Source: Eledone cirrhosa (taxonomy: Eukaryota). From it: a stretch of 64,000 bases of DNA. This document shows positions 1-13,016 of the stretch, in pieces. A program made the position numbers and the translations under genes. The notes beneath the pieces were generated by a model. It ran no database searches. It had not been told where the DNA came from and was given only the letters and a program-made list of their open reading frames with translations. Position 1 is the stretch's first letter, and each line of letters begins with the position of its first letter. The stretch lies in the NCBI GenBank assembly GCA_964016885.1, contig OZ024759.1, positions 19,778,001 through 19,842,000 of the forward strand, in the 5' to 3' direction.

Positions 1-667
1 TGGTGGTGGTGATTGTTGTAATAGTAGTGGTGGTGGTGGTGATTGTTGTAATAGTAGTGGTGGTGGTGGTGATTGTTGTAATAGTAGTGGTGGTGGTTGT
101 AGTAATATCACCACTGTTACAAATCATCATCACCACCACTATAGGTGGTGGTGGTGGTGGTGATTGTAGTAATAATAGTAGTGTTGGTGGTGTAGTTGTG
201 ATGGTGATGGTAGTAATTATAGTAGTGGTGGTGTTGGTGGTTGTAGTAATAATAGTGGTGTTGGTGGTAGTGGTAGTGATAATAGTAGTGGTGGTGGTAG
301 TGGTAGTGATAATAGTAGTGGTAGTGGTGGTGGTGGTGATTGTAGTAATTATGGTTGTGGTGGTTGTAGTAATAATAGTAGTGGTGATGTTGGTGGTAGT
401 TGTAGTAATAATTGTTTCTACATTTGGCACAAGGCCAGCAATTACCCCAGTGCATTACTGGTACTTTATTTTATCGGCCCCGTAAGGATGAAAGGCAAAG
501 TTAACCTCGGCGGGATTCGAACTCAGAATGGCTGTAGTAGTAGTAGTGGTGGTGATTGTAGTAATAATAGTAGTGGTAGTAGTAGTATTAACAATACCAG
601 CTGTAGTAATTGTTATGTGTTGTTCAATCAACCAACCAACCAAAAATCTGTTTATTTCTCTCTGTAG

Positions 668-811
668 AAATGGTTAATGAAAGTGCCTTAAACATTCATG
701 TGAAACCAAGTATGAACATGGAAGAGAAATCACTGAAGCATGTTATGAATCCACAACTGAAACATACTGTACTTGATCCAACCACACCATTCCAAGTAGA
801 GCTTCTCTCAG
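668..811 (+). CDS. Internal coding exon of an unidentified host gene (xEMVNESALNIHVKPSMNMEEKSLKHVMNPQLKHTVLDPTTPFQVELLS-G)
   Basis: Pyrimidine tract tttctctctgtAG acceptor (666-667) and CAG|GTAGGT donor at 812. 144-bp open, non-repetitive, phase 1-1; joins in frame to the exon at 3054. Confidence 0.75.
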
Positions 812-844
812 GTAGGTAAACACAGTGTGGTCATGGTTGGGTGG

Positions 845-1283
845 TTAAGCCTTTAGCATTTACATTACTCTATATTTAATATTGTACTTCCATGCTAAAG
901 GCTTTATATTACATAATTATCTCACATAATATTGAATCTACGAGATTTTGATGTCATTTATTTTGAGAACAATACCTTGACATAAATAGGAGCAACCGGT
1001 TATGGCTGGTTTGAACAGAAAGAGGTGAGAGAATTTTGGCTGAATATGGCCGGTTTAACCCTTTACCATTTACATTACTCTATACAAACTATTGTATTTT
1101 TGTGGTAAAGGATTTACTTCGCATAATTATCTTTCACAATATCAAATCTACAAGATTTTGATATTATTTATTTTGAGAACAATACCTTAACATAAGTATG
1201 AGCAACTGGTTATGGCTGATTTGAACAGAAAGAAGTGAGAGAATTCTGGCCGGATATGGTCAGTTTAAATGCTAAAGGGTTAA
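845..1283. mobile_element. piggyBac-like MITE, tandem dimer, inserted in a SINE head
   Basis: TTAA-(g/c)cctttagcattta ... taaatgctaaaggg-TTAA; second unit starts at TTAA 1055. Confidence 0.8.
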
Positions 1284-1794
1284 TTAAGTAAGTTTGCCTG
1301 GCAACTATCTGGTCATGGGTTGAATCCCAGTGTGTATCAACCTTGGCTAGTATCATTTACCATAGCTTCACATCAACCTATGTCTTAGAAGTGACATTTG
1401 GTAGACAGAAACTGTTTGGAAGCCTGTCAGATGGACTGTACCTGTAATACAAAGGGCCAGCTTTGTTACAGTACATTACTGGTACTTTATTTTATTGACC
1501 CCGTAAGGAGGAAAGGCAAAGTTATCCTTGGTGGGATTTGAACTCAGAATGTAAATGGCCATAACTTATGTAGCAAAGGCCCTTTACGTTCTGAGTTCAA
1601 ATCCCACCGAGGTTAACTTTGCCTTTTATCCTAATGGAATGAAAGCCTCTTACACTATAATACATGAGGGACACATGTGGCTATGGGATGCTCAGCCTCA
1701 AATATAAGCTGACCACCATTTTACCATCAAATTATTTTTTTTGTCACATATATATTGGCTTGTATATTTGGTAAGTAGATATTGGTCGTCTAGG

Positions 1795-3010
1795 CGTCAT
1801 GTCTAAAAGCACCCAGTCCACACTGTAAAGTGGTGGTGTAGGTGTCTTGACAAAAAGCACCCAGTCCACACTGTAAAGTGCTGGTGTAGGTGTCGCAACT
1901 AAAAGCACCCAGTCCACACTGTAAAGTGCTGGTGTAGGTGTCGCAACTAAAAGGACCCAGTCCATACTGTAAAGTAATCGTGTAGGTTGTCACGTGAAAA
2001 AGCACCCAGTACACATTGTAAAGTGGTCATGTAGGCAACACGGCAAAAAGCACCCAGTCCACACTGTAAAGTGGTCATGTAGGTGTCTTGACAAAAAGCA
2101 CTCAGTCCACACTGTAAAGTGCTGGTGTAGGTGTCGCAACTAAAAGGACCCAGTCCATACTGTAAAGTAATCGTGTAGGTTGTCATGTGAAAAAGCACCC
2201 AGTACACATTGTAAAGTGGTCATGTAGGCAACACGGCAAAAAGCACCCAGTCCACACTGTAAAGTGGTCGTGTAGGTGTCTTGACAAAAAGCACCCAGTC
2301 CACACTGTAAAGTGCTGGTGTAGGTGTCGCAACTAAAAGGACCCAGTCCATACTGTAAAGTAATCGTGTAGGTTGTCACGTGAAAAAGCACCCAGTACAC
2401 ATTGTAAAGTGGTCATGTAGGTATCATGACAAAAAGCACCCAGTCACACTCTAAAGTGGTCGTGTGGGTGTCTTGACAAAAAGCACCCAGTCCACACTGT
2501 AAAGTGGTGGTGTAGGTGTCACATCAAAAAAGCAGCCAGCCTACACTGTAAAGTGGTCATTTTGGTGTCATGACTAAAAGGACCCAGCCCACACTGTAAA
2601 GTGGTCATGTAGGTGTCACAACTAAAAGGACCCAGCCTACACTGTAAAGTGGTTGTGTAGGTGTCACAACTAAAAAGACCCAGTCCACACTGTAAAGTGA
2701 TCATGTAGGTGTCATGACTAAAAGAACCCAGCCCACACTGTTAAGTGGTCATCTAGGCAACACAACAAAAATCACCCAGTCCACACTGTAAAGTGGTCAT
2801 GTAGGTGTCATGACAAAAAGCACCCAGCACACACAGTAACTGTGGTTGGCATTAGGAAGGGCATCCAGCCATAGAAACCAAGCCAAAGCAGTTCTGTGTG
2901 ATCGAATCACGGTTTCCAAACCTGATACCTTACAAAGGAACAGCCTGTCCTACCCATGCTAGTGTGGAAGATGGACATTAAACGATGATGATGATGATCA
3001 TGATGATGAT
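1795..3010 (+). repeat. 48-bp minisatellite (about 22 copies, 193-bp higher-order unit) inside a family 1-related SINE
   Basis: aaaagcacccagtccacactgtaaagtggt.. units followed by aggaagggcatccagc and a (tga)n tail. Confidence 0.88.
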
Positions 3011-3053
3011 GAATTGACAAGTATGTTTGGTAAATTTACTTTTTCATTTATAG

Positions 3054-3286
3054 GTACACCTTTACAACACTATCCTTGCACAATAATTGCACCAAAGTCG
3101 CAGTGTGTGTACAAGAAGCAGCTACAGGTGCAATATCCAATAACATCAGCACTTTGGTCGGAAATGGAAGAGAGAGGACATGTAGACAATGAACCGATGA
3201 CAGTTCCGCAGAAACCAATATTGGCATCGGACAACCAATTTAGGAAAGGCTTCCGAAGATGGGTAGCAATGCCGGAAGTTATCGAG
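3054..3286 (+). CDS. Internal coding exon of the same gene (G-TPLQHYPCTIIAPKSQCVYKKQLQVQYPITSALWSEMEERGHVDNEPMTVPQKPILASDNQFRKGFRRWVAMPEVIE)
   Basis: ttttcatttatAG acceptor (3052-3053) and GAG|GTAATA donor at 3287. Phase 1 start matches the preceding exon (G+GT=Gly); ends in phase 0; complex peptide. Confidence 0.8.
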
Positions 3287-3341
3287 GTAATAATAAAAAT
3301 AATAATAATAATATAGGGATACATATATCCATATGTATGTG

Positions 3342-3416
<75 letters not shown>

Positions 3417-3514
3417 CATCATCATAATCATCATTTTACATCCGCTTTTCCCTGCTTGCAAGGCTGGGACAATATATAATATATATATTATAAACATGTT
3501 TCTTTACTTGAATG

Positions 3515-3549
<35 letters not shown>

Positions 3550-3768
3550 GTGTATTTATATGTATATTTGTATATGTAAGTGTTATATATATACATATAT
3601 ATATATATATGTGTGTGTGTGTTTGTGTATAGGCATATGTACATGTATGTATATAAGCATGCAAACACACATCCAGGTGTGTATTATATAGATTCAATAT
3701 ACATATATAATACACACCTGGATGTGTGTGTATGTATGCATATATAAATACAGACACACATATATATA

Positions 3769-3840
<72 letters not shown>

Positions 3841-3950
3841 TAAGTGGATAAATAAAGAAATAAAGAAGAAATGTTTTACTCTCATAGGCGATGTTTTCCC
3901 ATTTTCTCATCACCATATTTTATTTAAAAAAGAGACGATTATATATACAT

Positions 3951-3984
<34 letters not shown>

Positions 3985-4136
3985 GACTCTCTCTCTCTCA
4001 CAGACTCACACGCATACACACTAAGTTTCCTGTGTAAATGTAAGAGAACTTCCCTTTTTTGAAGTGTGTGTATATATATATACATATATATCTATGCTAG
4101 CTTGTGATATTGGATGTTAAGCGGTGATGATGGTAA

Positions 4137-4178
<42 letters not shown>

Positions 4179-4228
4179 CATACATAAATGCATATTATAT
4201 GTATGTATATATATGTATATTCACACAC

Positions 4229-4261
<33 letters not shown>

Positions 4262-4329
4262 CATACATAAACGCATATTATATGTATATATGTATATGCA
4301 TATATATATATATACACATACATATATGC

Positions 4330-4425
<96 letters not shown>

Positions 4426-4439
4426 TATATATATATATG

Positions 4440-4470
<31 letters not shown>

Positions 4471-4482
4471 GTATATATATAT

Positions 4483-4541
<59 letters not shown>

Positions 4542-4644
4542 CATCCTCCTCATCAACACTGTTTTATGTCCACACACACACACACATAGATACATGCACA
4601 CACACACACATATACTCACACACACACACACACACATATATACT

Positions 4645-4676
<32 letters not shown>

Positions 4677-4988
4677 CACACACAACACATATATATATTT
4701 ATGTTTAGGATGAGATATGATATAATGTAGAAATGTAACCAGTAAATTATTGATATCTCAACTGACATGATATACCACATTGATATCCATCAGCTTTCAC
4801 TTAGTTTTAAGTTTGTCGCAAGTGATATTTCCTATGATATCTCCTATGATATATCATTATATATTTTGTATATTTCATATATCTCATATATCTCATTGCT
4901 CTGTTTTCTACACAACCACGATATTTCATAATTCATAAAGCTGTGTGTATATATGTATGTATGTATATATATCCATTTGGGGATATCA

Positions 4989-5047
<59 letters not shown>

Positions 5048-5048
5048 C

Positions 5049-5121
<73 letters not shown>

Positions 5122-5150
5122 CATATATATATATACATATATATATATAC

Positions 5151-5199
<49 letters not shown>

Positions 5200-5215
5200 C
5201 ATATATTATATATAC

Positions 5216-5377
<162 letters not shown>

Positions 5378-5391
5378 ATTTGGGGATATCA

Positions 5392-5430
<39 letters not shown>

Positions 5431-5474
5431 GGGATATCAGTATATTAGTATATATATAAGTATATATATATAAG

Positions 5475-5520
<46 letters not shown>

Positions 5521-5880
5521 ATTCAGAGACATCAGTATATTAATATTGGATATCCATTTGATATATTTATCGTAGAAAGTTAAGTGAAAATAACGTCTCT
5601 GCATCATCATCATCACCACCATCATCATCACCATCATTGTCATCATCATCATCACCACCATCATCATCATTGCCATCATCACCATCACAATTATATTCAT
5701 CATCACCATTGCCATCATCATCATCATCACCACCACCACCATCAACATCATCATCATCAACATTGTCATCATCATCATTCTCATCATCATCACCACCATC
5801 ATCACCACCACCACCACCACCATCATCAACATCATCATCATCATCAGCATCAACATCATCATCATCATCATCATCATCAT

Positions 5881-5916
<36 letters not shown>

Positions 5917-5919
<3 letters not shown>

Positions 5920-6172
5920 GGAGGTGAGTTTTATTGTAGTACAATAAAGCAATGCAGATATCGGATAAGAAGCACTCAACAGTTTGTAGGACTGGAGTAT
6001 AAATAATATATAAGATCAAAAGATGGTTAAAAGAGTTCCATGTATTTTATTATGCGCATTTCAAAAACAAATATCATCATGGGATGATATTTGCGTTCTC
6101 ATCAGATAAAATAGGGAGACATGATATGAAGCTTAAACAACACTTGCGAGCAGTGAAGTGTCAAATCAACAT
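5917..6172 (-). mobile_element. Short non-autonomous hammerhead-bearing element, family A (Penelope-like/retrozyme-type)
   Basis: About 255 bp with its 3' end abutting (TA)n; second copy at 7554-7837 shares both ends; contains a complete hammerhead motif. Confidence 0.75.
6043..6113 (-). ncRNA. Type I hammerhead ribozyme with minimal palindromic stem III
   Basis: Minus strand: TATTTTAT-CTGATGA-gaacgCAAATATCATC ccat GATGATATTTGttttt-GAAA-TGCGCA-TA^ATAAAATA. 8-bp perfect stem I, 11-bp perfect stem II core, ATGCGCAT palindrome; predicted cleavage between 6051 and 6050. Confidence 0.88.
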
Positions 6173-7553
6173 ATGAAAAATAAAACTAGAGGGATATATG
6201 AGATTGGGAAAGGGGAAAGGAAGGGAGAAAGAAAAGGTCAGGAAGAGGAAGAAAAAATATAGATAGAAGAAAAAAATAATAATAATAAGGAAAGGATGAC
6301 TGACGGAGGAGGAGTATAAGAAGGAAGGATGAGAGAGGAGAAAATGAGAGAGAGAGAGATAACCTTTAATACTGAGAAACACTGTCTCACAGAGAAAAAT
6401 AAAAAAAAACCGTTGTAAGATAATACATAATTTTAAAAAAATTAAGAAATTAAAAGTTAATGAGGTTTATGAATGGTGATGCTTATGATTAAAGAAAAAG
6501 GAATTAAGAATACTATTTATTTAAGGTTTATATATTGAAGGGTTTAATAAGATGTGTGAAAAGGAATTTATTAAAATCATCATCATCATCATCACCGTTT
6601 TACGTCCGTTCTTCCACGCTAGCATGGGTTAGACGGGTTGTCCTGTTGTGGGCAGTGTCTGGTCGGCTGACCATGCCTTGCTCATACAGGAACTGATCTG
6701 GCTTGATTTCTACAGCTGGATGCCCTTCCTAACACCAACCTCATTTACAGTGAGTGCTGGGTGCTTTTTCGTGGCGCCTACACGTCCACTTTACAGTGTG
6801 GGCTGGGTGCTTTTTTGCCGTGGCACCTCCACGACCACCTTGCGGTGGGGGGGGGGGGGCATATTGTTTATATGCTTCAGCATGTACCCATGGGAGGTCG
6901 GGTACCCTGTATTACTGCGTGACGCCAGAAGTCACGGTCGTGTGTCATGTATTACTGCGTGACGCCAGAAGTCACGGTCGTGTGTATTATTAAATTTATT
7001 AAATGTATTAATAATACATTTTAATAAATTCCTTTTCGCACATCTTATTAAACCCTTCAATATATAAACCTTCAATGGATGTTGTGGTACCAACGTAACT
7101 TTATAGAGAAAGAGGTGATGTTGGCGCGAGTGGAAGGATGGAGTAGAGGTAGTGGGTTAGGGTGTCTGTTTGGGTTGGAGGGGCCTACTGACTGTAGGTT
7201 AACTTTGCACGTAGGGAAGGCGGGAGTTTTGTATTACTGCGTGGTGCCAGAGATCTCGATCCAGTGACATTGTCTTAGAGAGGTGCAAGTGTGCAAGGTC
7301 ACAATTTATCATGTCATCCCAGGTTTTTCTGGGTCTACCTTCTCTGTAATTTCGATCAATTTTGATCGCCCTGCACTTTTCTATAAAAATATGGAATGCT
7401 TCACGAATTTGCATATATATATATATATTATCATTTCATCATCATTTCATTTTACGTCCGCTTTTCCCTGCTTGCAAGGGTGGGACGGGAACTGATTCTG
7501 GCTTGATTTCTACAGCTGGATGCCCTTCCTAACACCAACCTCATTTATGATAT

Positions 7554-7837
7554 CAAATATCATCGTGCAATAACATTTGCGTTTTCGTCAGATAAAATAG
7601 GGAGACATGATATGAAGGTTAAAACACACTTGTGAATAGTGCAGTTTTAAATCAACATAGCAAATGTTATTGCATGATGATATTTGTTTTTGAAATGCGC
7701 ATAATAAAATACATGGAACTCTTTTAACCATCTTTTGATCTTATATATTATTTATACTCCAGTCCTACAAACTATAGAGTGCTACTTATCCGATATCTGC
7801 ATTGCTTTATTGTACTACAATAAAACTCACCTCCTAC
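7554..7837. mobile_element. Family A hammerhead element, copy 2, with 5' part inverted
   Basis: 7554-7659 is the minus-strand 5' part (stem I + CTGACGA + stem II); 7660-7837 is the plus-strand 3' part (stem II + GAAATGCGCATA + ATAAAATA + tail). Stem II is duplicated at both breakpoints. Confidence 0.8.
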
Positions 7838-7849
7838 ACACATATATAT

Positions 7850-7900
<51 letters not shown>

Positions 7901-8439
7901 GTATTTATCAAGGTGCTTGGATGATTTGAAATTTGAATTGTGAGAATCACTACAGAGAAAATAACTGTAAGAAAATTCAATTGAACACCAATATTTGAGA
8001 GATATGGAATATGGAGTTTAATTCTCTTTAATAAGTGCTGGCTACTTTATTCCTGTCTCTGAGGAATATTTTACCAGATTTTTCTAAAGCTATTATTTAT
8101 AGTAATTGACAGTTGTTACAGTTATTTGCTGTGTTTGGATTCCGACATTTCAAATATATATATATTTGTGAGTGTGTGGTTATATATATATATATGAGTA
8201 TATATATGTGTGTTTGTGTGTGTATATATAGATGTGTGTTTGTGTGTGTGTATATGTGTGTGTGTGTGTATACATGTGTATGTATGTGTATATGCGTGTA
8301 TATATGTGTGTATAGATGTGTGTATATATATATATGTGTGTATATATGTATATGTGTGTATATATGTATGTGTGTGCATATATATATGTGTGTGCATATA
8401 TATATATGTGTGTGTGTATACATGTGTGTATATATATGA

Positions 8440-8844
8440 GAGATGACCCCTTAGCCTTTGTCAAGGCAGAATTCTAGGAGAAGGAAAACTCTGATATAAC
8501 ACCTGCAACCCTGATGGTATCCAATGATGTTGACTTGTTCTTCTTTTTGGTAAATATCATCTTGGTTAAGAGAGTGGGACTGGCTTTGTGCAGTGCCTTT
8601 GCTCACTATAAAAGCTTCACAGCACAGGCATTGCTTTATATCTGGAGATCTCTCTGCACTTGTCGTCACATGGTACCATGGGCCCAGCACTATGTGTCAA
8701 TAATGGTCACAAGTGTAGTCTATGTGCCAGAGTTTTCAAGTCGCTGGCTAGACTAAAAAGTCACATTCGTTCAGCGCATCGGTAGGGGTTCTCCTACATG
8801 GATATAAAGTAGTGGCCGTACTCGAAAACGAGTTGGCAGCCACC
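8440..8844 (+). mobile_element. Bipartite RTE-derived non-autonomous element, 5'-truncated
   Basis: RTE 5'UTR-like ggagaaggaaaactctg fused to a 3' C2H2 remnant (CSLCARVFKSLARLKSHIRSAH); near-identical to 50679-51287. Confidence 0.78.
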
Positions 8845-9318
8845 ATATATATGAGTATATATATGTGTGTGTATGTATATATATATGTGCGTATGTGTAT
8901 ACATGCGTATATATGTGTGTGTATATGTATATATGTATGTATATATGTATATACACATACACACACATAGTATGGCTGTGTTCTGACGTCTGAAACCAGT
9001 TAAAGATTAAATGCATACACACACACACACACACACATGAGAGAGTGTGTGTGTGGAAGAGAGGGAGAGACAGACAGACAGACACAGAGTGGGAGGGAGA
9101 AAGGGGAAGGATGGAGAGAGAGTGAGAGAGAGAGAGTGAAAGGATGAGGATGGAGTAAGGAAGCTGGTATAGTTATTCTGGTAAAGCATAAATAGTTACT
9201 ATTTCTGTCATGTATAAAGTTCAATTATAGGAGACCAGGACACACAGACATACACACACACACACACACAGACACACACACACAGACACACACACAGACA
9301 CACACACATACACACACA

Positions 9319-9379
<61 letters not shown>

Positions 9380-9404
9380 ACACATACATAGCTACACCTA
9401 TGTT

Positions 9405-10000
9405 GGCATACACACATTCACACACAACACATCTACACCTATGTTGGCACACACACACACACATACATACATATCTACACCTATGTTGGCATACACACAC
9501 ACAAAGACCCACACACACATACATATCTACACCTATGTTGGCATACACACACACACACATACATATCTTCACCCATGTTGGCACACACACACACAAAGAC
9601 CGACACACACATACACACACATACACACACATCTACACCCATGTTGGCACACACACACACACAAAGACCGACACACACATACATATCTACACCCATGTTG
9701 GCACACAGACACACACACATACACACGCATACATATCTACACCCATGTTGGCACACACACACACAGACACACACACACATACACACACATACATATCTAC
9801 ACCCATGTTGGCATACACACACATACATATCTACACCTATGTTGGCATACACACATACACACACAACACATCTACACCCATGTTGGCACATACACACACA
9901 AAGACCCACACACACACATACATATCTACACCCATGTTGGCACACACACATACACACCCACACACACATACATATCTACACCTATGTTGGCATACACACA
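9405..10000. repeat. Compound minisatellite: acatctacaccYatgttggca core separated by variable (CA)n
   Basis: Roughly 13-14 cores by direct reading. Confidence 0.85.
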
Positions 10001-10719
10001 CACGTATATATATACACACCTATATATGCACAGACACACACACACACATATATATATATATTTATACCTATATATGCAGACACACACATATATATATGAG
10101 CTAAACACAGTCACCCGACCAATCTTGCCTCAAGTGGGACAAACCCGTCTAACCCATGCTAGCGTGGAAGATAGACGTTAAATGACGATGATGATGATGA
10201 TGTATATATATATATATACACCCATGCTTTATTTTATCGACCCTCCCGTAAGGATGAAAGTCAAAGTTAACCTCGGCGGGATTTGAACTCAGAACGTAAA
10301 GGGCCGTAACTCTATGCTGCAAAGCATAGTGTCTGAAGCTCTACCGACACTGCTAATCCACCGCTCTAATTGTAATAATAATTGTTTCTACTTTTGGCAC
10401 AAGGCCAGCAATTATCCCAGTACATTACTGGTACTTTATTTTATCGACCCCGTAAGGATGAAAGGCAAAGTTGACCAAAATTGTAATAATAATGATGATG
10501 ATTTCTGATTTAGGCACTAGGCCATGAATTTGTGGGGTGGGGAAAGTTGTTTTATCGACACCCGGAAGCGTAAAAGCAAAGTGAACCTCAGCAGGATTTG
10601 AACTCAGAATGCAGAAAGTCTTAACTAAATATACCAAGCACTTTGTCCGACACTCTACTGATTTTGCTAATCTACAGTAACACCACCACCACACACACAC
10701 ACACACCAGTTTGTCGGTG

Positions 10720-12288
10720 TGAATCAGGATGTTGTTGGGGAAAAGTGTGTTTGAAATGACACTATTGTATCAACTTCACTGATGCCCAGAAGAGAGACGC
10801 TTAGAACTGTTATGTCAGATTGATGAATGTGGAGAATGAGTAAAAGGAAGAGAAACTACCCCTGGTTGACCCAACAGAGGAACCAACAGTTATCAAATTT
10901 GACAGTTATAAGGTCAGAGAAGCAATTAGAGAAAATGGAAATATTCTACTTGACCGTCAGACATAGCGACTGAAATTCTGAAATCATTTGGTGAAGTAGG
11001 ATTGAATGGAGTTACTTGTGTAATCAATCAGGTAATACATGATGGTGTCATACCCAATGACTGACATAGCAATATCATTGTTAATTGTGACAAGAGAAGA
11101 GGTGATTGTGTGATACCCAGGAAAAGGAGGAACTACTGGAGGCTGAAAACAAATGGTTCAGTTTATGAAAGTGACAGAAAGAGTTTTAACACGACTAGTT
11201 AGAGAAAGAGTCAAATTAGATGAAGTGTTGTTTGGTCTAGGACCTGGAATGAGCACCACAGATGTCTTCTTATTAGTGAGACAACAACATGTGTACCTCA
11301 GGGATCTGTTCTTGGCCCCCTTTTGTTTGTGGCATATATTAATGACATAGATGCCAACTTAAGGAATGCCACAGTACTAAAGTACGCAGACGACATCAAG
11401 CTGTACCTTGAGATAAAAAGGACAGATCCTGAACACTATAGATCTTGCTTGCAGTCTGACCTGGACACAATGCAACAGTGGATCTCAGACTGGCAACTCA
11501 AGCTAGCTGTGGACAAGTGCACCACCATGCATTTTGGGAGTAAAAACCCAGCGTCCACATATTCCCTCCACAGCACTAATATCAAGAAGTCTTCCTGTGA
11601 ACGTGACCTGGGCATTACGGTCAGCAGCGATTTGCGTTGGACGAGGCACGTCTCTAAAATTGTCAAGAGGGCCGAGGGTGTCTTAGCATCACTCAGCAAG
11701 ACCTTTGTCAGCCGCTCTCCAGATATCTATTTAAGGCTGTATACAGCTATGGTGCGACCACACTTAGAATTTGCATCACCAGTCTGGAACCCCTATCTTG
11801 CTCAGGACATTGACCGCCTGGAAACTGTTCAGAGACGTGCAACCAAGCGAATACCCTCCATCAGGCATCTACCATACTCTGATCGCCTTGCTTCCCTGGG
11901 CATGGATTCATTGAAGCTCCGACGCCTGGTAACTGACTTGGTAAACACCCACAAAATTGTTAACCATGTTGCCAACAACAACCCTGAGTGCCTTTTCGAT
12001 TTCCATGTGTCTAACACACGTGGACATGCCCACAAAGTAAGAAAACAGCACAGTTCCCATGACTTTCGGAAACATTTTTTCACGCTCAGAGTTGCTGAAG
12101 CATGGAACAAACTACCTGCATCAGTTGTTAGCTGTCGAGACGCTGCATCCTTTAAGGCCTCCATGCTTCCCGAGATCCGCCAACACTACAGCTAACACAT
12201 ACAAACATGTACTTCCCTGGCATTTGTGTATTATTCTATGTACTATATTGACGAGTTGTAGTGCACCTGAGCACTTTTCACAATAATT

Positions 12289-12320
<32 letters not shown>

Positions 12321-12420
12321 TATAAGACATTTCTAGCTAAGTGCAAGCCATAATATCTAGCTTTCATTGAACTGGAGACGGCCTTTGACAGAGTTTCCTG
12401 ATTTGTTAGCTTGTGGTCCT
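10720..12420 (+). pseudogene. Decayed RTE-type RT fragment interrupted by the CR1 insertion
   Basis: MKVTERVL..FGLGPGMSTTDVFLLVRQQH (to 11290) resumes at 12324 as KTFLAKCKP*YLAFIELETAFDRV. Confidence 0.8.
11291..12323 (+). mobile_element. 5'-truncated CR1-group LINE (ORF2 C-terminus, 3' UTR, (ATT)n tail)
   Basis: VPQGSVLGPLLF..YADD..RPHLEFASPVWNP..RGHAHK..FFTLRVAEAWNKLP, open to the stop at 12195. Confidence 0.92.
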
Positions 12421-12584
12421 TCAAGAAACTGAAGCTACTCTCAGGTCCCAAATAATAGTTGGGGGTTGGATATTTGTTTAAATTCTTATAAGCAGGGGAG
12501 GTTGGGAAATTGGTAATTGCATAATGCATGTTTGTAAATATGGGATTTCTTGTAATGTCCCTTTTTTGTCATATATAATGTTTT

Positions 12585-12816
12585 TTAAACCCTTTAGCTT
12601 TTAAACTGGCTGTATCCGGCCAGAATTTTCTCACCTCTTTATGTTCAAACTGGCCATAACTGGCTGTTCATACTGATGTTGAGGTATTGTTCTCAAAATT
12701 AATAATATCAAGATCTCATAGATTCGATATAATGTGAGATAATTATGTAAGATAAAGCCTTTACCATGAAAATACAATAGTATTTATATACAGTGATGTA
12801 AATGCTGAAGGGTTAA
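12585..12816. mobile_element. piggyBac-like MITE monomer (other copies about 31596-31822, 40483-40679, 44399-44973, 45613-45855)
   Basis: CCCTTTAGC..GCTGAAGGG-TTAA termini; same body as 845-1283. Confidence 0.78.
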
Positions 12817-13016
12817 TGTAAAATAAAATTATCATTAAATTCTCTAGCTGCTGTATCAATATGAATCACGATTATTCAAGAACTGAAGGTAGATGAGTGT
12901 CTTGTGAGAGTGGTGTAAGCCATTATAAAGGTCCTGTCAGTAAAGTAATAGTAAGTAATGAATTTAGTGAGGAATTAAATGTACAGTCCCCTCCACTCAT
13001 CCAACTCCTATAGCCT

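Noticed and set aside
1795-2850. 48-bp array resembling a repeat-spacer array
   Set aside because: The whole unit is homologous between copies and is an internal SINE module.
9405-10000. CRISPR-like constant repeat with variable spacers
   Set aside because: Spacers are (CA)n slippage variants, not unique sequence; eukaryotic context with no cas genes.
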